Shown: positions 43,616-54,539, counted from the first letter of the stretch. The stretch is 64,000 nucleotides of DNA from an uncultured Actinomycetota bacterium (GCA_963753435.1 CAVWCF010000005.1:32001-96000), one strand, 5' to 3'. Numbers and translations: made by a program. Notes: generated by a model from the sequence alone, not told the origin.

Positions 43616-44773
43616 GTGTACCGATGCGGGGCGGGTGCGGCGCGTGGGGACACGCTCGCGCAAGCGGCCGAAGCGGCGATCACCCAGGCCCTGGCGGCGT
43701 TCGGCGATAGGCCGGCGGACCTGCTGTGCGTCTTCCTAGCCGATGAACCGGGCCCGGTCGGCGATGTCTTGGCTGCCGTCGGTCTGGCCGGCCGCGCGGT
43801 GATCGGGGCGGGCGTTCGCGGAGTGCTGGGGCCGGGACTTCAGGGGGCGTCGGGGCCGACCGACCGTCGTGGCTGTGCGGCCTCGGCTTGGGCCCTGAGC
43901 GGCGAAGACTTGTCCGTACGGGTCTTTCACCTGGAGACGATGCGGACCGGAGACAGCCTCGCTGTGCTCGGCCAGCCGCCCACCGGCGACGATGCGACGG
44001 CGATGCTGCTCGTGGCCGACCCGTGGACGTTCCCCGTCGACGGGTTCGTGGCGCAGGTCAGTCAGTCGTGGCCGGGTCTGCCCATGATCGGCGGGCTGGC
44101 TGCCGGAGTGGACGCCGGTTCGGCGCGCCTGGCGGTGGGCGGCGCGGTGGCGGACCGGGGAGCAGTTGGCGCGATCCTCGGCGGCGACGTGTCCGTCGAG
44201 CCGGTTGTCGGCCAGGGCTGCCGACCGGTCGGGCCAGCGGTCACGGTCACCGCCACCGAGGGCGGCCGGGTTACGCAGTTGGCCGGCCGCCCCGCGCCGA
44301 CGGTGCTCCGGGAGGTTCTGGCCGACGAAGGCGGCCGCCCGTTCCTGGGGGTGGCTGATGTGGAGCAACGTGAGGAGCACGCGTTCGGTGGTTTCGTTCT
44401 GCGCAGCATCGTCCGCGTCGATGACGGCGGCCTGCTCGTCAACGACGCGCTCTCGCTGGGCAGCACCGTGCGCTTTCACGTACTGGACGCTGACGTCGCT
44501 GAAGCCGATCTTTGTTCGCTGCTCTGGGAGGTGCGCCAACGGCCTTGGGTCGGCGAATTGGCCGGCGCCCTGGTCGTGTCGGGTTCGGAGCGGGACGAGG
44601 CGTTGTTCAGCGAAGCCGGCCACGACGCGCGACTGGTCAGCCGGCAGTGGGAAACCGACGCGGTGGCCGGGTTCGTCACCGATGGGCCGATCGGACCAAC
44701 TTCGGGCGGCAACTTCGTGCACACCGCCGCGGCCAGCATCCTCGGGGTCGGTACTGGGCCCGGGCCGGGCTGA
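43616..44773 (+). CDS. FIST signal-transduction protein
   Basis: ADPWTFP, GGLA and VGQGCRPVG...VT motifs; GF...GPIGP..G.NFVH C-terminal domain. Confidence 0.85.
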   Translation: MYRCGAGAARGDTLAQAAEAAITQALAAFGDRPADLLCVFLADEPGPVGDVLAAVGLAGRAVIGAGVRGVLGPGLQGASGPTDRRGCAASAWALSGEDLSVRVFHLETMRTGDSLAVLGQPPTGDDATAMLLVADPWTFPVDGFVAQVSQSWPGLPMIGGLAAGVDAGSARLAVGGAVADRGAVGAILGGDVSVEPVVGQGCRPVGPAVTVTATEGGRVTQLAGRPAPTVLREVLADEGGRPFLGVADVEQREEHAFGGFVLRSIVRVDDGGLLVNDALSLGSTVRFHVLDADVAEADLCSLLWEVRQRPWVGELAGALVVSGSERDEALFSEAGHDARLVSRQWETDAVAGFVTDGPIGPTSGGNFVHTAAASILGVGTGPGPG

Positions 44774-44780
44774 GTCGGTC

Positions 44781-46340
44781 TCAGGCCGCCGGGGTGTCGG
44801 CCTTCGGGGCGCCCGCGAGGATGTCCTCCCGTGTGCGCAGTCGGATCTCTTTGAGGAACAGGGACAGCCCGAAGGCGAGCAAGCAGACCGGCACCGCGAA
44901 CAGGAACACCTGGCTGAGGCTTTCCACGAACGCGGTGGTCACGCCCGCGCGCACCTCCGGGGGCAACGAGGCGATCACGGCCGGGGATCCGGTGAGCGCG
45001 GACGGATCCAGGTCGGCGGCCACGTCGGCCGGCACGTAGTCGGCCAGGCGCGAGGACAACGACGTGGCCAGGATCGCCCCGAACGCCGCCGTGCCGAACG
45101 AGCCGCCCATCTGCCGGAAGAAGGTGATCGATGACGTGGCCACGCCCATCTGCGACAGGTCGGAGGAGTTCTGCACCGCCAGCACCAGCACCTGGATCAC
45201 GCCACCCAGGCCCATGCCCAGGACCAGCATGCCCAGGGCGACCTGCCAGTAGGGCGACTGCGCGTCCAGCCCGGACAGCAGCCACATACCCAGTGCGGCC
45301 GTCGCCGTTCCCAGGATGGGGAAGATCCGGTAGCGGCCCAATCGGCTGATGAGCCGACCGCTGGTGATGCTCGTGACCAGCAGGCCGAGCATCAACGGCA
45401 GCAGTTGCAGTCCGGCCAGGGTCGGGCTGACACCGCGGGCGATCTGCAGGTAGACCGGCAGGAACACGATCGCACCGAACATCGCGAAGCCGATGACGAA
45501 GCCGACCGCAGAGCCGACCCGGAAGATCGGGTTGCTGAACAGACTCATCGGCAGGATCGGCTCCGGGGTTCGCAACTCCCACCAGACGAACGCGAACAGC
45601 ATTACGACCGCCAGTGCGGCCAAGCCAAGGATCAGCGGTGACGTCCAGTCGTATTGACGACCGCCCCACTGAGTGACCAGCAGGATCGAAACCACGCCAA
45701 CGATCAGGAGTACGGCGCCGACGTAGTCGATGCTGTGCTCGCGACGGGTGTGCGGCAGGTGCAGTTGCGTCACCAGCACGAAGAGGACCAGCGCGCCCAA
45801 CGGCAGGTTCACGTAGAAGATCCACCGCCAGGACAGCGTCTCCACGAAGAAGCCGCCGACGAGCGGCCCCAGGACACTGGCGACGCCGAAGACGGCCCCG
45901 AAGAGCCCCTGGTACCGGCCGCGGTCAGCCGGTGGGATCACGTCGGCGATCACGGCCATGGCCAGGACCATCAACCCGCCGCCACCGAGCCCCTGCACCG
46001 CCCGGGTGAGCACCAGTTGCCACATCTCCTGAGCGGCCCCGGACAGCATCGAGCCGATCAGGAAGATGACCACAGCGGTGATGAGCACGGGTTTGCGCCC
46101 GTAGAGGTCGGAGATCTTGCCCCACAGCGGGGTGGTGGCCGTGGCCGCCAACAGGTACGCGGTCACGACCCACGCCAGCCCGGTGATGCCGCCGAGTTCG
46201 CCGGCGATGGTCGGCAGGGCGGTCGCCACGATCGTCTGGTCCAAGGCGGACAGGAACGTCGTGAGCATCAAGGCGCCGATGACGGTGTAGAGACTTCTGC
46301 CGCTGAGCAGGCTGGACGTTGGCGCCGGCTGAGCGCTCAC
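44781..46340 (-). CDS. DHA2 (EmrB/QacA) MFS efflux transporter
   Basis: LDQTIVATALP, GKISDLYGRK and WRWIFYVNLP motifs; about 14 TM. Confidence 0.94.
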   Translation of the reverse strand: MSAQPAPTSSLLSGRSLYTVIGALMLTTFLSALDQTIVATALPTIAGELGGITGLAWVVTAYLLAATATTPLWGKISDLYGRKPVLITAVVIFLIGSMLSGAAQEMWQLVLTRAVQGLGGGGLMVLAMAVIADVIPPADRGRYQGLFGAVFGVASVLGPLVGGFFVETLSWRWIFYVNLPLGALVLFVLVTQLHLPHTRREHSIDYVGAVLLIVGVVSILLVTQWGGRQYDWTSPLILGLAALAVVMLFAFVWWELRTPEPILPMSLFSNPIFRVGSAVGFVIGFAMFGAIVFLPVYLQIARGVSPTLAGLQLLPLMLGLLVTSITSGRLISRLGRYRIFPILGTATAALGMWLLSGLDAQSPYWQVALGMLVLGMGLGGVIQVLVLAVQNSSDLSQMGVATSSITFFRQMGGSFGTAAFGAILATSLSSRLADYVPADVAADLDPSALTGSPAVIASLPPEVRAGVTTAFVESLSQVFLFAVPVCLLAFGLSLFLKEIRLRTREDILAGAPKADTPAA

Positions 46341-46801
46341 TTGGACTCCTGTGGTTTGGGGGCCGGGCAGCCGGCATCGGCGGAAAGGTCGTCGGCGAGG
46401 CGGCGCAGTAGCTCACCGAGTTGGTCGCGGTCGGCCGTCGGCCAACTCTCCAGGACTCCGCCGAGGGCGGCACATCGGTTGGCTACCACCGCATCCAACG
46501 CGGCCGCCCCGGAATCGGTGAGCACGAAGCGGATGGCTCGACCGTCGTCGGGGTCGGATTCACGTTGCACGTAGCCCTCTTCCTCCAGCCCACGCAGGTG
46601 CCTGCTGATGGTGGAGAGGTCGAGCAGATGCAGGCCGGCAAGGTCGGATGGCCGCATCGGACCGGCGTGCTGCAGGCTGGACAGCAGCCGGATCGAGGCG
46701 GTGTCGACCGGATCGCGCGACTGGAATCGGCGCGCGTGCACGGCCACGTCGTAGAGGGCCAGGACGAGGGACCGCAGCCCGGAATCAGTTGCTTGTAGCA
46801 C
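46337..46801 (-). CDS. MarR-family regulator
   Basis: LDLSTISRHL..LE..G...DPDDGRA; GTG 7 nt after a TATGTT -10 hexamer. Confidence 0.88.
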   Translation of the reverse strand: MLQATDSGLRSLVLALYDVAVHARRFQSRDPVDTASIRLLSSLQHAGPMRPSDLAGLHLLDLSTISRHLRGLEEEGYVQRESDPDDGRAIRFVLTDSGAAALDAVVANRCAALGGVLESWPTADRDQLGELLRRLADDLSADAGCPAPKPQESK

Positions 46802-46809
46802 GCAAGTAA
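46789..46809. promoter_or_regulatory. MarR operator-like inverted repeat
   Basis: TTGCTTG-N7-CAAGTAA over the MarR start codon. Confidence 0.55.
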
Positions 46810-46841
46810 ACATACACGGGTCTGGCTGCCAGACTCCGACC

Positions 46842-48053
46842 GTGCCCGGGCAACCCACCTTGAAGGACGTGCAGGCCGCCGCCGCCCTGCTGGACGGTGT
46901 GGCCGTCACGACGCCGGTTCAGGAGTCCCGCTGGCTGTCCAAGAAGGTTGGCGGCCGGGTCATCTGCAAGTGCGAGAACCTGCAGCGGACCGGGTCCTTC
47001 AAGATCCGCGGCGCGTACACGCGCATCGCTCGGCTCGACCCGGAGGCCCGGTCCCGTGGGGTGGTCGCGGCTAGCGCCGGCAACCACGCCCAAGGGGTGG
47101 CCCTGGCGGCCCGCCTCCTCGGGGTGGCCTCGACGGTGTTCACCCCGGAGGGCGCATCTCTGCCCAAACTCGCCGCGACCCGGGCCTACGGCGCCGACGT
47201 CCGCGAGGGCGGTGACACCCTGGCTGATGCGCTCGCGGCGGCGGAGGAGTTCGCCGCCAGCACCGGTGCTGAGCTGATCCACCCGTACGACCACCCCGAC
47301 GTTGTTGCTGGTCAGGGCACCGTGGGCCTGGAGTTGCTCGCGCAGGTCCCCCAGGTGCGCACCGTGGTGGTGCCCACCGGCGGCGGCGGGCTGATCGCCG
47401 GGATTGCGCTGGCGGTCAAGGCCCAGGCGCCCGATGTGCGAGTTGTGGGCGTGCAGGCCACGGGAGCGGCTGCGTATCCACTGGCCCTGCGTGCCGGGCG
47501 CCCGATCCGGTTGACGGCCATGGCCACCATGGCCGACGGCATCGCCGTTCCGCTGCCGGGGGCGGTGCCGTTCGAGTTGGTGCGCGACCTGGTCGACGAC
47601 GTCGTGACGGTGTCGGAGGACTCCCTGGCCAAGGCTTTGCTGCTGATGCTCGAACGCGGCAAGTTGGTTGTCGAGCCGGCGGGCGTGGCCGGTGTTGCGG
47701 CGCTGATGGACGCCCCGGACCAGTTCGAGCCGCCGGTTGTGGTGGTGCTGTCCGGCGGCAACGCCGACCCGGTGCTGCTGCAGCGGGTGCTGCTGCAGGG
47801 GATGGCTGCGGCCGGCCGCTTCCTCACCCTCCGCGTCCCGATTCCGGACAGTCCGGGCGCCTTGGCGCACCTGCTGGAGGTCATCGGCGACGCGGGCGGG
47901 AACGTGTCCGAGGTGAACCACCTCCGGCTGGAGCCGTCGCTGGCGGTAAACGAAGTCGAGGTGGCGGTAACTGTCGAAACCCGTGGTCAGGCCCACAGCG
48001 ACCTCTTGCTGGAGCACCTGATCCGCAGTGGATACACAGTCCGGCACAGCTGA
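46842..48053 (+). CDS. ilvA: Second threonine ammonia-lyase (medium form, C-terminal ACT)
   Basis: KCENLQRTGSFKIRGA; ASAGNHAQG; PDSPGAL ACT domain. Confidence 0.9.
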   Translation: MPGQPTLKDVQAAAALLDGVAVTTPVQESRWLSKKVGGRVICKCENLQRTGSFKIRGAYTRIARLDPEARSRGVVAASAGNHAQGVALAARLLGVASTVFTPEGASLPKLAATRAYGADVREGGDTLADALAAAEEFAASTGAELIHPYDHPDVVAGQGTVGLELLAQVPQVRTVVVPTGGGGLIAGIALAVKAQAPDVRVVGVQATGAAAYPLALRAGRPIRLTAMATMADGIAVPLPGAVPFELVRDLVDDVVTVSEDSLAKALLLMLERGKLVVEPAGVAGVAALMDAPDQFEPPVVVVLSGGNADPVLLQRVLLQGMAAAGRFLTLRVPIPDSPGALAHLLEVIGDAGGNVSEVNHLRLEPSLAVNEVEVAVTVETRGQAHSDLLLEHLIRSGYTVRHS

Positions 48054-48130
48054 GTAGCCAAGTCGCACCGGGGATCCAGGGTTGTTCGCAGCGGCGGCCC
48101 CGAACTGCTGGGCCTCGTCGAGCTCGGTGG

Positions 48131-48619
48131 TTACCCGGCGAACGGCGTTGCCGACAGGATCTTCACGCGAAGTTCCTTGCCGTTGGGGAGCGTGTATGTG
48201 ACCTCTGCCCCGATCTGCTCGCCCATCACCGCGCCACCCAAGGGTGATTGCGGGGAGTAGACGTCCAACTCGGTGTCCCCGGCCTGCTCGCGCGAACCCA
48301 GGAGGAACTCCTCCTCCTCGCCGTCCAGCCCACCGCCGACGAACTGCACCTTGACGACCATGCCGGCGCCGACGGTGCCGTCCGCGGCCTCCGGTTCGCC
48401 CACCTGCGCGGTCTCGAGCAAGTGCCGCAGGACACGGATGCGGGCCTCGTTCTTGCCCTGCTCCTCTTTGGCTGCGTGGTAACCGCCGTTCTCGCGCAAA
48501 TCGCCCTCTTCGCGCGCGGCCTCGATGCGGCGGGTGATCTCCAACCGGACCGGCCCGGTGCGATCGTCGTACTCCGACTGCAACTTGGCGTAGGCGTCCT
48601 GGGTCAGCCAGGTAGTCAA
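48131..48619 (-). CDS. greA: Transcription elongation factor GreA
   Basis: AREEGDLRENGGYHAAKEEQ; YSPQSPLG. Confidence 0.97.
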   Translation of the reverse strand: MTTWLTQDAYAKLQSEYDDRTGPVRLEITRRIEAAREEGDLRENGGYHAAKEEQGKNEARIRVLRHLLETAQVGEPEAADGTVGAGMVVKVQFVGGGLDGEEEEFLLGSREQAGDTELDVYSPQSPLGGAVMGEQIGAEVTYTLPNGKELRVKILSATPFAG

Positions 48620-48649
48620 GACCGTTCTCCCTCGTGCGAAAGATCCAGA

Positions 48650-49063
48650 TTACGCCAATGCGCAGTCAGCGACCTGAGCCACCGATGCCGGCTGGATCGT
48701 CTCGATAACGACCCGCACTGACACGTCGGCGCGGCCGGGTTCGGCCCGCGCCACGGTCGAACCGACAACCGCGGCGCTGCGGTCCAGGGCCACGACGGTG
48801 CAAGTTGCGGCAGCGTCCGCAGGCTTCTGGATCAAGATGTCGGCCTGCAGCTGGGTGTCGGTCAGGGCCTCGTACGCGAGCACCTGGGCGCTGGCCGACG
48901 GCTCTATTCGGGTCCAGATGAAGAAACCGAGCACGCCGGCCACCAGCAACGCGAAGGCCACCCACCGCCAGCCGTTTCCGCGACGCCGGGCGGGGTAGCG
49001 CGCGGCCAACCGCGCCCGCGCGTCTTCAGACCCCGATTCCGCGACCGGGTCGGCTGCGTCCAT
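48650..49063 (-). CDS. DUF4307 membrane protein
   Basis: RY, one TM helix, CTVVA...VG...C; upstream of greA. Confidence 0.8.
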   Translation of the reverse strand: MDAADPVAESGSEDARARLAARYPARRRGNGWRWVAFALLVAGVLGFFIWTRIEPSASAQVLAYEALTDTQLQADILIQKPADAAATCTVVALDRSAAVVGSTVARAEPGRADVSVRVVIETIQPASVAQVADCALA

Positions 49064-49095
49064 GAGCGCAGTGTGGCGGATGACCGCTGTGGGGG

Positions 49096-49338
49096 ATGAT
49101 GGTCAGTGATGAGGAGGGCGATCAGTTGATCTCCGAAATGTTTGCAGTGGTGTTGGCAGAGCCTCCAGACCCGAGCGTGGTCGGGCCCGGTCGGCTGGCA
49201 TTTGCCATCGTCGCCGTGCTGGCCGTGGTCACTGTGGGCTTGTTCTTCTCCATGCAGCGGCACCTGCGCAAGGTGCCGCGGACGTTCGATTCGCCATCCG
49301 ACTCCGTAAAGGAGGACGGCGAGCGAAATCAGGGCTGA
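49096..49338 (+). CDS. Small conserved membrane protein (start may be ATG 49138)
   Basis: V.PG...F-TM-SMQRHLRKVP..FD pattern. Confidence 0.65.
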   Translation: MMVSDEEGDQLISEMFAVVLAEPPDPSVVGPGRLAFAIVAVLAVVTVGLFFSMQRHLRKVPRTFDSPSDSVKEDGERNQG

Positions 49339-52300
49339 CGGGCCCGCTGAACCGGTCGAGCGATCCCGCGTTCAGTGAGAAGTTCCGGCACCTGTTCGGC
49401 GGGTACGGGCTTGCTCAACAAGTAGCCCTGCGCCACTTCAAAGCCCATGGCCCGAAGCGCGGCAGCCTGCTCCTCGGTCTCCACGCCCTCGGCGACGACC
49501 GCCTCCAGATCCATGCCGAGCGCCACCTGCAGCAGGCTGTCGACCATGTGCGCGTCGGCGCCACCCAACGGCAGGGCATGAACCAACTGCGGGGCCAATT
49601 TCAAACCAGTGATCGGCAGGCGGCGCAGGAGTGCCAGCGACGCATGGCCGGAACCGAAGTCGTCCACGTAGACGCCGAAGCCGGCATCGGCCAGGCGACG
49701 CAGGCTTGGCTGGACCAGCTCGGCCTCGGTAGCGAAGGTGGACTCGGACACCTCCAGCAGGATCTGTTCCGGGCCGACTCCGTGGGCCATGGCGGCTGCG
49801 ATCAGGTCGCGAGTGAGGCCGTCGGGGCCCAACTCCTTGGGTCCGAGGTTGATGGCGAGGCGCAGGTGCTCCGCCCCATCCACCACCGCCTGCCATTGCG
49901 CGAACGAGCCGAGGGTCGACTCGATCAGGGCCCGACCCATGGGCACAGCGAGGCGGGTCTCCTCGGCCAGCTCGAGGAACTCGCTGGGCTTCAGGAGGCC
50001 GCGCTGCGGGTGCTCCCATCGGGCCAGCGCTTCGAGGCTCACCACGCGACCGCCGTCGAGGCGAACAGTCGGCTGGAAGTGCGGCACGAATTCGTTGCGG
50101 CTGACGGCGCGGCGCAGGTCGGCGGTCAGTTCCAGTCGGCGGACCGCGGCACGGTGCATTGCCGGTTCGTACCGTCGCGCGGTGCCCTTGCCGTCCGCCT
50201 TGGCCGCGTACAGGGCCAGGTCGGCGTTGCGCAGCAGGTCGGGAACATCGCCGGAGCCGTCGTCCAGCACCACTCCGGCGGAGGCAGCGACCACGACCGA
50301 CTGGCCCCCCGCGAAAGCCGGTTCGGCGCAGGCGGCGACCAGGCGTTGTGCCACCCGCATCGCCTCGGCCTCGCCGGTTAGGTCTTCCAGTAGCACCGCG
50401 AACTCGTCGCCACCGAGGCGGGCGGCGGTGTCCTGCCCGCGCAGGCAGGACGAGATCCGCCCGGCGATTTCGACGATGAGCGCGTCGCCGGCGGCGTGGC
50501 CGAGGGAGTCGTTGACGGTTTTGAAGTCGTCCAGGTCCAGCATGATGACGCCGTTGATGCGCCCGGTGCGGCGAGTGCGGGCCGCAGCTTGATTCATCCG
50601 GTCGGCGAGCAGTTCGCGGTTCGCCAGGCCGGTCAGCGGATCGTGGAAGGCCTGGTGCTGCAACTGTCGGGTCAGTGCGTGGCGTTCGGTCACGTCGTGG
50701 CAGGTGAGGACCAACTCCGGCGACCCCGAGTCGTCCACCCGTGACACGACGACGTGCAGGATCCGGCTCTCGCCGCCGGTGGTGATAGCCCGCACTTCGA
50801 TTTCGCTTGTCGCCCCTTCGCGCGCGGCGCTGAGAACATCGGTGATTTGGCTGCGGTGCTCGTCCGCCAACAGGTCAGCGAACGCGACCCCGGTGACCAT
50901 CCCTGGCGACAGTCCCAGCACCGCTTGTACTGCGGGTGAGGCGTAGGTGAGCCGATCGTCGCTGCCGACGACCGCGATGATGTCGGAGGCCTGCTCGAGC
51001 ATCTGCTCAAGTCGCGCAACGGACTGCTGGTCGACGATCTTGCGGTTGAGGGCGATCCGATCCAGGGCCATGCGGGCGTTCTCGGTGACGCTGCTGATGG
51101 CCGGCACCAACCACGCCTCGGGGACCTCCGGCATGGCCACCACGACGAAAACACCGGGGTCGGTTCCGTCCGTGATCCAGACCGAAAGAAGAACGAGGTC
51201 GGGTGACACCGAGAGTGCGTCGTGGGCGGCACTGGGACCGCGTACGACGCGCTGGCCGCCCACGAAGCCATCGGTCAGGTCGGCGATAACCGCTTGCGAA
51301 AGCACCTGTCCCGACGCGTCGCGAGTGGACGCGGAGACAACCGCGGACTTGCCGGCCGTCTGCAGCAGCCAGACAGGGGCCGGGTGTCCGGCCAACCGGC
51401 TCACCGTTTCCAGCAGGATTGCCGCGATGCCCGCCCGGTCGGGTGCAGCTACCAGCCGGGAGCCCGCTTCGCCAAGCAGTCGCTCGCGGTGCAGCGCGGA
51501 ACCGAACCCGTCGGCAAGTCCGCGTACTCGCCAAATTGCCAAGGTGAATCCGACTCCGACGAGCAGCGTTACGACGACTGCGTGCTGCACGTCATAGGCG
51601 CCGATGGACTCCAGGGCCACGAGCACCGGCAGCAGCACCCCCAGCGACAACAACGCGACGACGCGGCCGATCGAGTGCCGATGCGGTGGGCTGGGGAGTT
51701 GGTGTGGGTCCGGGGGAGCGGTGATGGCGCCGATCGCCACCAAGGCGGTGCCGGTCAGCCAGCCCAGGCCGAGAACCAAGCCGTTTCGGAATTCGCCGCT
51801 GATCACCAACGCCGCATAGGCGGTGTCCGCGAGAAGGTTCATCGCCAACCCGAGCACGACGAGCCGGTAGGGCCGGGCGTTCGGGCCAGCTGTGATGAAC
51901 CACAAGCGGCCCGCGACCGCGAGGATGACCAGGTCGAAGAATGGGTAGATGGCGGCGGTGACCAACTGCGTCGCCTCGACACCGGACCCGGGTACCGCGC
52001 CGCGCAGCAGGAAAGTCCAGGAAATGACCCCGATGGCAACTGCCGCCACGGAGGCGTCTACGGCGTCGGTGCGACCACCCCCACCGACTCCGCGAACGAC
52101 CCGCAGCACGCCGATGAGCAACGCGATGTAGGACAGGAAGTAGATGGCATCGGCCCAGGACGGCTTCGGGAGAATCGAACCGTCCAGAGCGGAGAAGCCC
52201 CACCCGGCAGCGGCGATCGCGGCCAACGTGTAGTGCGTCGAGACCCAGCCCCAGCCACTACGGCTCATCTGATCCTGGGCTCGCTTGGCCGCCCACAGCA

Positions 52301-52436
52301 CTGCCATGCCGGCCAACAGCAGGAGGAGGGCGCGCCCGATCGCCCGGGCGACCGGGACGTCGGTGGAGTAGGCGATGACCGCGGTGGCGATTGAAGCCGC
52401 GCCGTAGGCGCTGGCGACGCGCGCGGTCACCGACAT
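49329..52436 (-). CDS. Membrane PAS-GGDEF-EAL diguanylate cyclase/phosphodiesterase
   Basis: Multi-TM N-terminus; PAS; HDPLTGLANR; RGQD I-site; GGDEF; EALARW; DDFGSG; AEGVE; QGY. Confidence 0.94.
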   Translation of the reverse strand: MSVTARVASAYGAASIATAVIAYSTDVPVARAIGRALLLLLAGMAVLWAAKRAQDQMSRSGWGWVSTHYTLAAIAAAGWGFSALDGSILPKPSWADAIYFLSYIALLIGVLRVVRGVGGGGRTDAVDASVAAVAIGVISWTFLLRGAVPGSGVEATQLVTAAIYPFFDLVILAVAGRLWFITAGPNARPYRLVVLGLAMNLLADTAYAALVISGEFRNGLVLGLGWLTGTALVAIGAITAPPDPHQLPSPPHRHSIGRVVALLSLGVLLPVLVALESIGAYDVQHAVVVTLLVGVGFTLAIWRVRGLADGFGSALHRERLLGEAGSRLVAAPDRAGIAAILLETVSRLAGHPAPVWLLQTAGKSAVVSASTRDASGQVLSQAVIADLTDGFVGGQRVVRGPSAAHDALSVSPDLVLLSVWITDGTDPGVFVVVAMPEVPEAWLVPAISSVTENARMALDRIALNRKIVDQQSVARLEQMLEQASDIIAVVGSDDRLTYASPAVQAVLGLSPGMVTGVAFADLLADEHRSQITDVLSAAREGATSEIEVRAITTGGESRILHVVVSRVDDSGSPELVLTCHDVTERHALTRQLQHQAFHDPLTGLANRELLADRMNQAAARTRRTGRINGVIMLDLDDFKTVNDSLGHAAGDALIVEIAGRISSCLRGQDTAARLGGDEFAVLLEDLTGEAEAMRVAQRLVAACAEPAFAGGQSVVVAASAGVVLDDGSGDVPDLLRNADLALYAAKADGKGTARRYEPAMHRAAVRRLELTADLRRAVSRNEFVPHFQPTVRLDGGRVVSLEALARWEHPQRGLLKPSEFLELAEETRLAVPMGRALIESTLGSFAQWQAVVDGAEHLRLAINLGPKELGPDGLTRDLIAAAMAHGVGPEQILLEVSESTFATEAELVQPSLRRLADAGFGVYVDDFGSGHASLALLRRLPITGLKLAPQLVHALPLGGADAHMVDSLLQVALGMDLEAVVAEGVETEEQAAALRAMGFEVAQGYLLSKPVPAEQVPELLTERGIARPVQRARQP

Positions 52437-52531
52437 GCGCCACCTCCTTGTGGGCTCTTCGTTCTTGTCTCGGCGCCTGCTGCCGTTGGTGATGCGTCCG
52501 AATGGGTGACAGAGCGTCCTACGGTGGGTGC

Positions 52532-54529
52532 GTGTCGAATCGACTGACGAATGCGACGTCCCCCTACTTGCAGCAGCACGCTGAGAACCCGGTGCACTGG
52601 TTTGAATGGGGGCCGGAAGCTTTCGCGCAAGCGCGGGATCGCCAGGTGCCGATCCTGCTCAGCGTCGGCTACGCGGCCTGTCACTGGTGCCACGTCATGG
52701 CGCACGAGTCGTTCGAGGACCCCGAGACCGCGGAGTTGATGAACCGTGAGTTCGTAAACATCAAGGTCGACCGGGAGGAACGTCCTGACGTCGACGCCGT
52801 GTACATGGATGCCGTGCAGGGGCTGACCGGACACGGGGGCTGGCCGATGACCGTCTTCTGCACTCCTGAGGGTGACGCGTTCTACGCCGGCACCTACTAC
52901 CCACCGCAGCCACGCCATGGCATGCCCTCGTTCAGCCAGGTGCTGAGCACGGTGGCCCAGACGTGGGCGCAGCGGCGCGACGAGGTGGAGTCGGCAGCGG
53001 AGCGGATCGGGGCCGAGTTGCGCCGGCGTGCAGAAGTAACGGTGGCCGGGCAACCGCCCGCCGCGGACGACCTCGCGGCGGCCGTTGCCGCGTTGGGTGC
53101 CCAGTTCGACGGGGAACGAGGCGGTTTCGGCGGTGCGCCGAAGTTCCCGCCCTCGATGCTGGCCGAGTTCCTGTTGCGTCACCATGCCCGCACCGGGGAT
53201 GCCGACGCCCTGCGGATGGTCTCGGAATCGTTGACGGCGATGGCCCGAGGCGGCATCTACGACCAACTGGCTGGCGGCTTCGCGCGCTACAGCGTGGACG
53301 CCGATTGGGTGGTGCCGCACTTCGAGAAGATGCTGTACGACAACGCGCTGCTGCTGCGCGTGTACGCGCACTGGTGGCGGTTGACGGGTTCGCCGCTGGC
53401 CGAGCGCGTGGCCCGGCAGACCGCGGACTTCCTGCTCACGGATCTGCGGACCCCTGAGGGCGGATTTGCAGCATCGTTGGACGCTGACACCGATGGCGTC
53501 GAGGGCGCGACGTACGTATGGAATCCGCACGAACTGACGGCGGTCCTCGGCGCCGATGACGGACGGTGGGCTGCCCGTCAGTTCGAGGTGACCGACGCTG
53601 GCACCTTTGAAGACGGTCGTTCCGTACTTCAACTGCGCGACGACCCGGATGACTCCGACCGGTACGAGCGGGTGTGCCAGGCGTTGCTGGAGGCGCGGCG
53701 ACTGCGCCCGCAGCCGGCCCGCGACGACAAGGTCGTCACCGCATGGAACGGGTGGGCGATCGCGGCGTTGGCGGAGGCGGGGGTCCTATTCGATGCGCCG
53801 GAGTACACCGCCGCGGCCCGACGTGCTGCGGAGTTGATCTGGCGGGTGCACCGCAAAGCGCCGGGCCGGTTGGTTCGGGCCTCCCGTGATGGGACGGCTG
53901 GCGCGCCGGGTGCCGTGCTGGAGGACTACGCCGCTCTCGGGGACGGCCTGCTGACCCTGTTCGGCGTCGACGGTGACGTGCGTTGGTGGCACGCCGCCAC
54001 GGAACTGGCCGATGCCGTGCTGGATCGATTCGGAGACGAGGCCGGGGGCTTCTACGACACCGCCCACGATTCGGAAGCCTTGTCACGACGGCCTAGGGAC
54101 CCCGCCGATTCGGCGACCCCGTCGGGTTGGTTCGCCGCCGCCGGACTGCTGCTCGGGGTCGGCGCGATGTCGGGGCAGGCTCGCTACCGCGATGCGGCCG
54201 TGGCGGCGCTGGGGGCCGCCGGAGTCCTGGCGCGGCAGGCCCCCCGGGCGGCCGGATGGGGGCTGGCGGTGGCAGAGGCGCTCGTGGACGGCCCGCGCGA
54301 GGTAGCGATCGTCGGACCGGCGGACGCCCGCGGCACTTTGGTGCGAACAGCCTGGCTGGGCACGGCACCGGGGCTGCTCGTGGCGCCGGGGGATTCGAAT
54401 CAGGAAACGCCGCCGCTGTTGCGGGGCCGGGATGCGCGTGGCGGCCCGACCGCCTACGTGTGCCGCGGCTTCGTCTGCCAGGCGCCGGTGACCGAGGTCA
54501 GCGACTTGACGGCTCTGGTATCTGTGTAA
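52532..54529 (+). CDS. Thioredoxin-domain DUF255/YyaL protein
   Basis: [19 protein letters not shown] and [11 protein letters not shown] motifs. Confidence 0.94.
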   Translation: MSNRLTNATSPYLQQHAENPVHWFEWGPEAFAQARDRQVPILLSVGYAACHWCHVMAHESFEDPETAELMNREFVNIKVDREERPDVDAVYMDAVQGLTGHGGWPMTVFCTPEGDAFYAGTYYPPQPRHGMPSFSQVLSTVAQTWAQRRDEVESAAERIGAELRRRAEVTVAGQPPAADDLAAAVAALGAQFDGERGGFGGAPKFPPSMLAEFLLRHHARTGDADALRMVSESLTAMARGGIYDQLAGGFARYSVDADWVVPHFEKMLYDNALLLRVYAHWWRLTGSPLAERVARQTADFLLTDLRTPEGGFAASLDADTDGVEGATYVWNPHELTAVLGADDGRWAARQFEVTDAGTFEDGRSVLQLRDDPDDSDRYERVCQALLEARRLRPQPARDDKVVTAWNGWAIAALAEAGVLFDAPEYTAAARRAAELIWRVHRKAPGRLVRASRDGTAGAPGAVLEDYAALGDGLLTLFGVDGDVRWWHAATELADAVLDRFGDEAGGFYDTAHDSEALSRRPRDPADSATPSGWFAAAGLLLGVGAMSGQARYRDAAVAALGAAGVLARQAPRAAGWGLAVAEALVDGPREVAIVGPADARGTLVRTAWLGTAPGLLVAPGDSNQETPPLLRGRDARGGPTAYVCRGFVCQAPVTEVSDLTALVSV

Positions 54530-54539
54530 TTCTAGTTAC

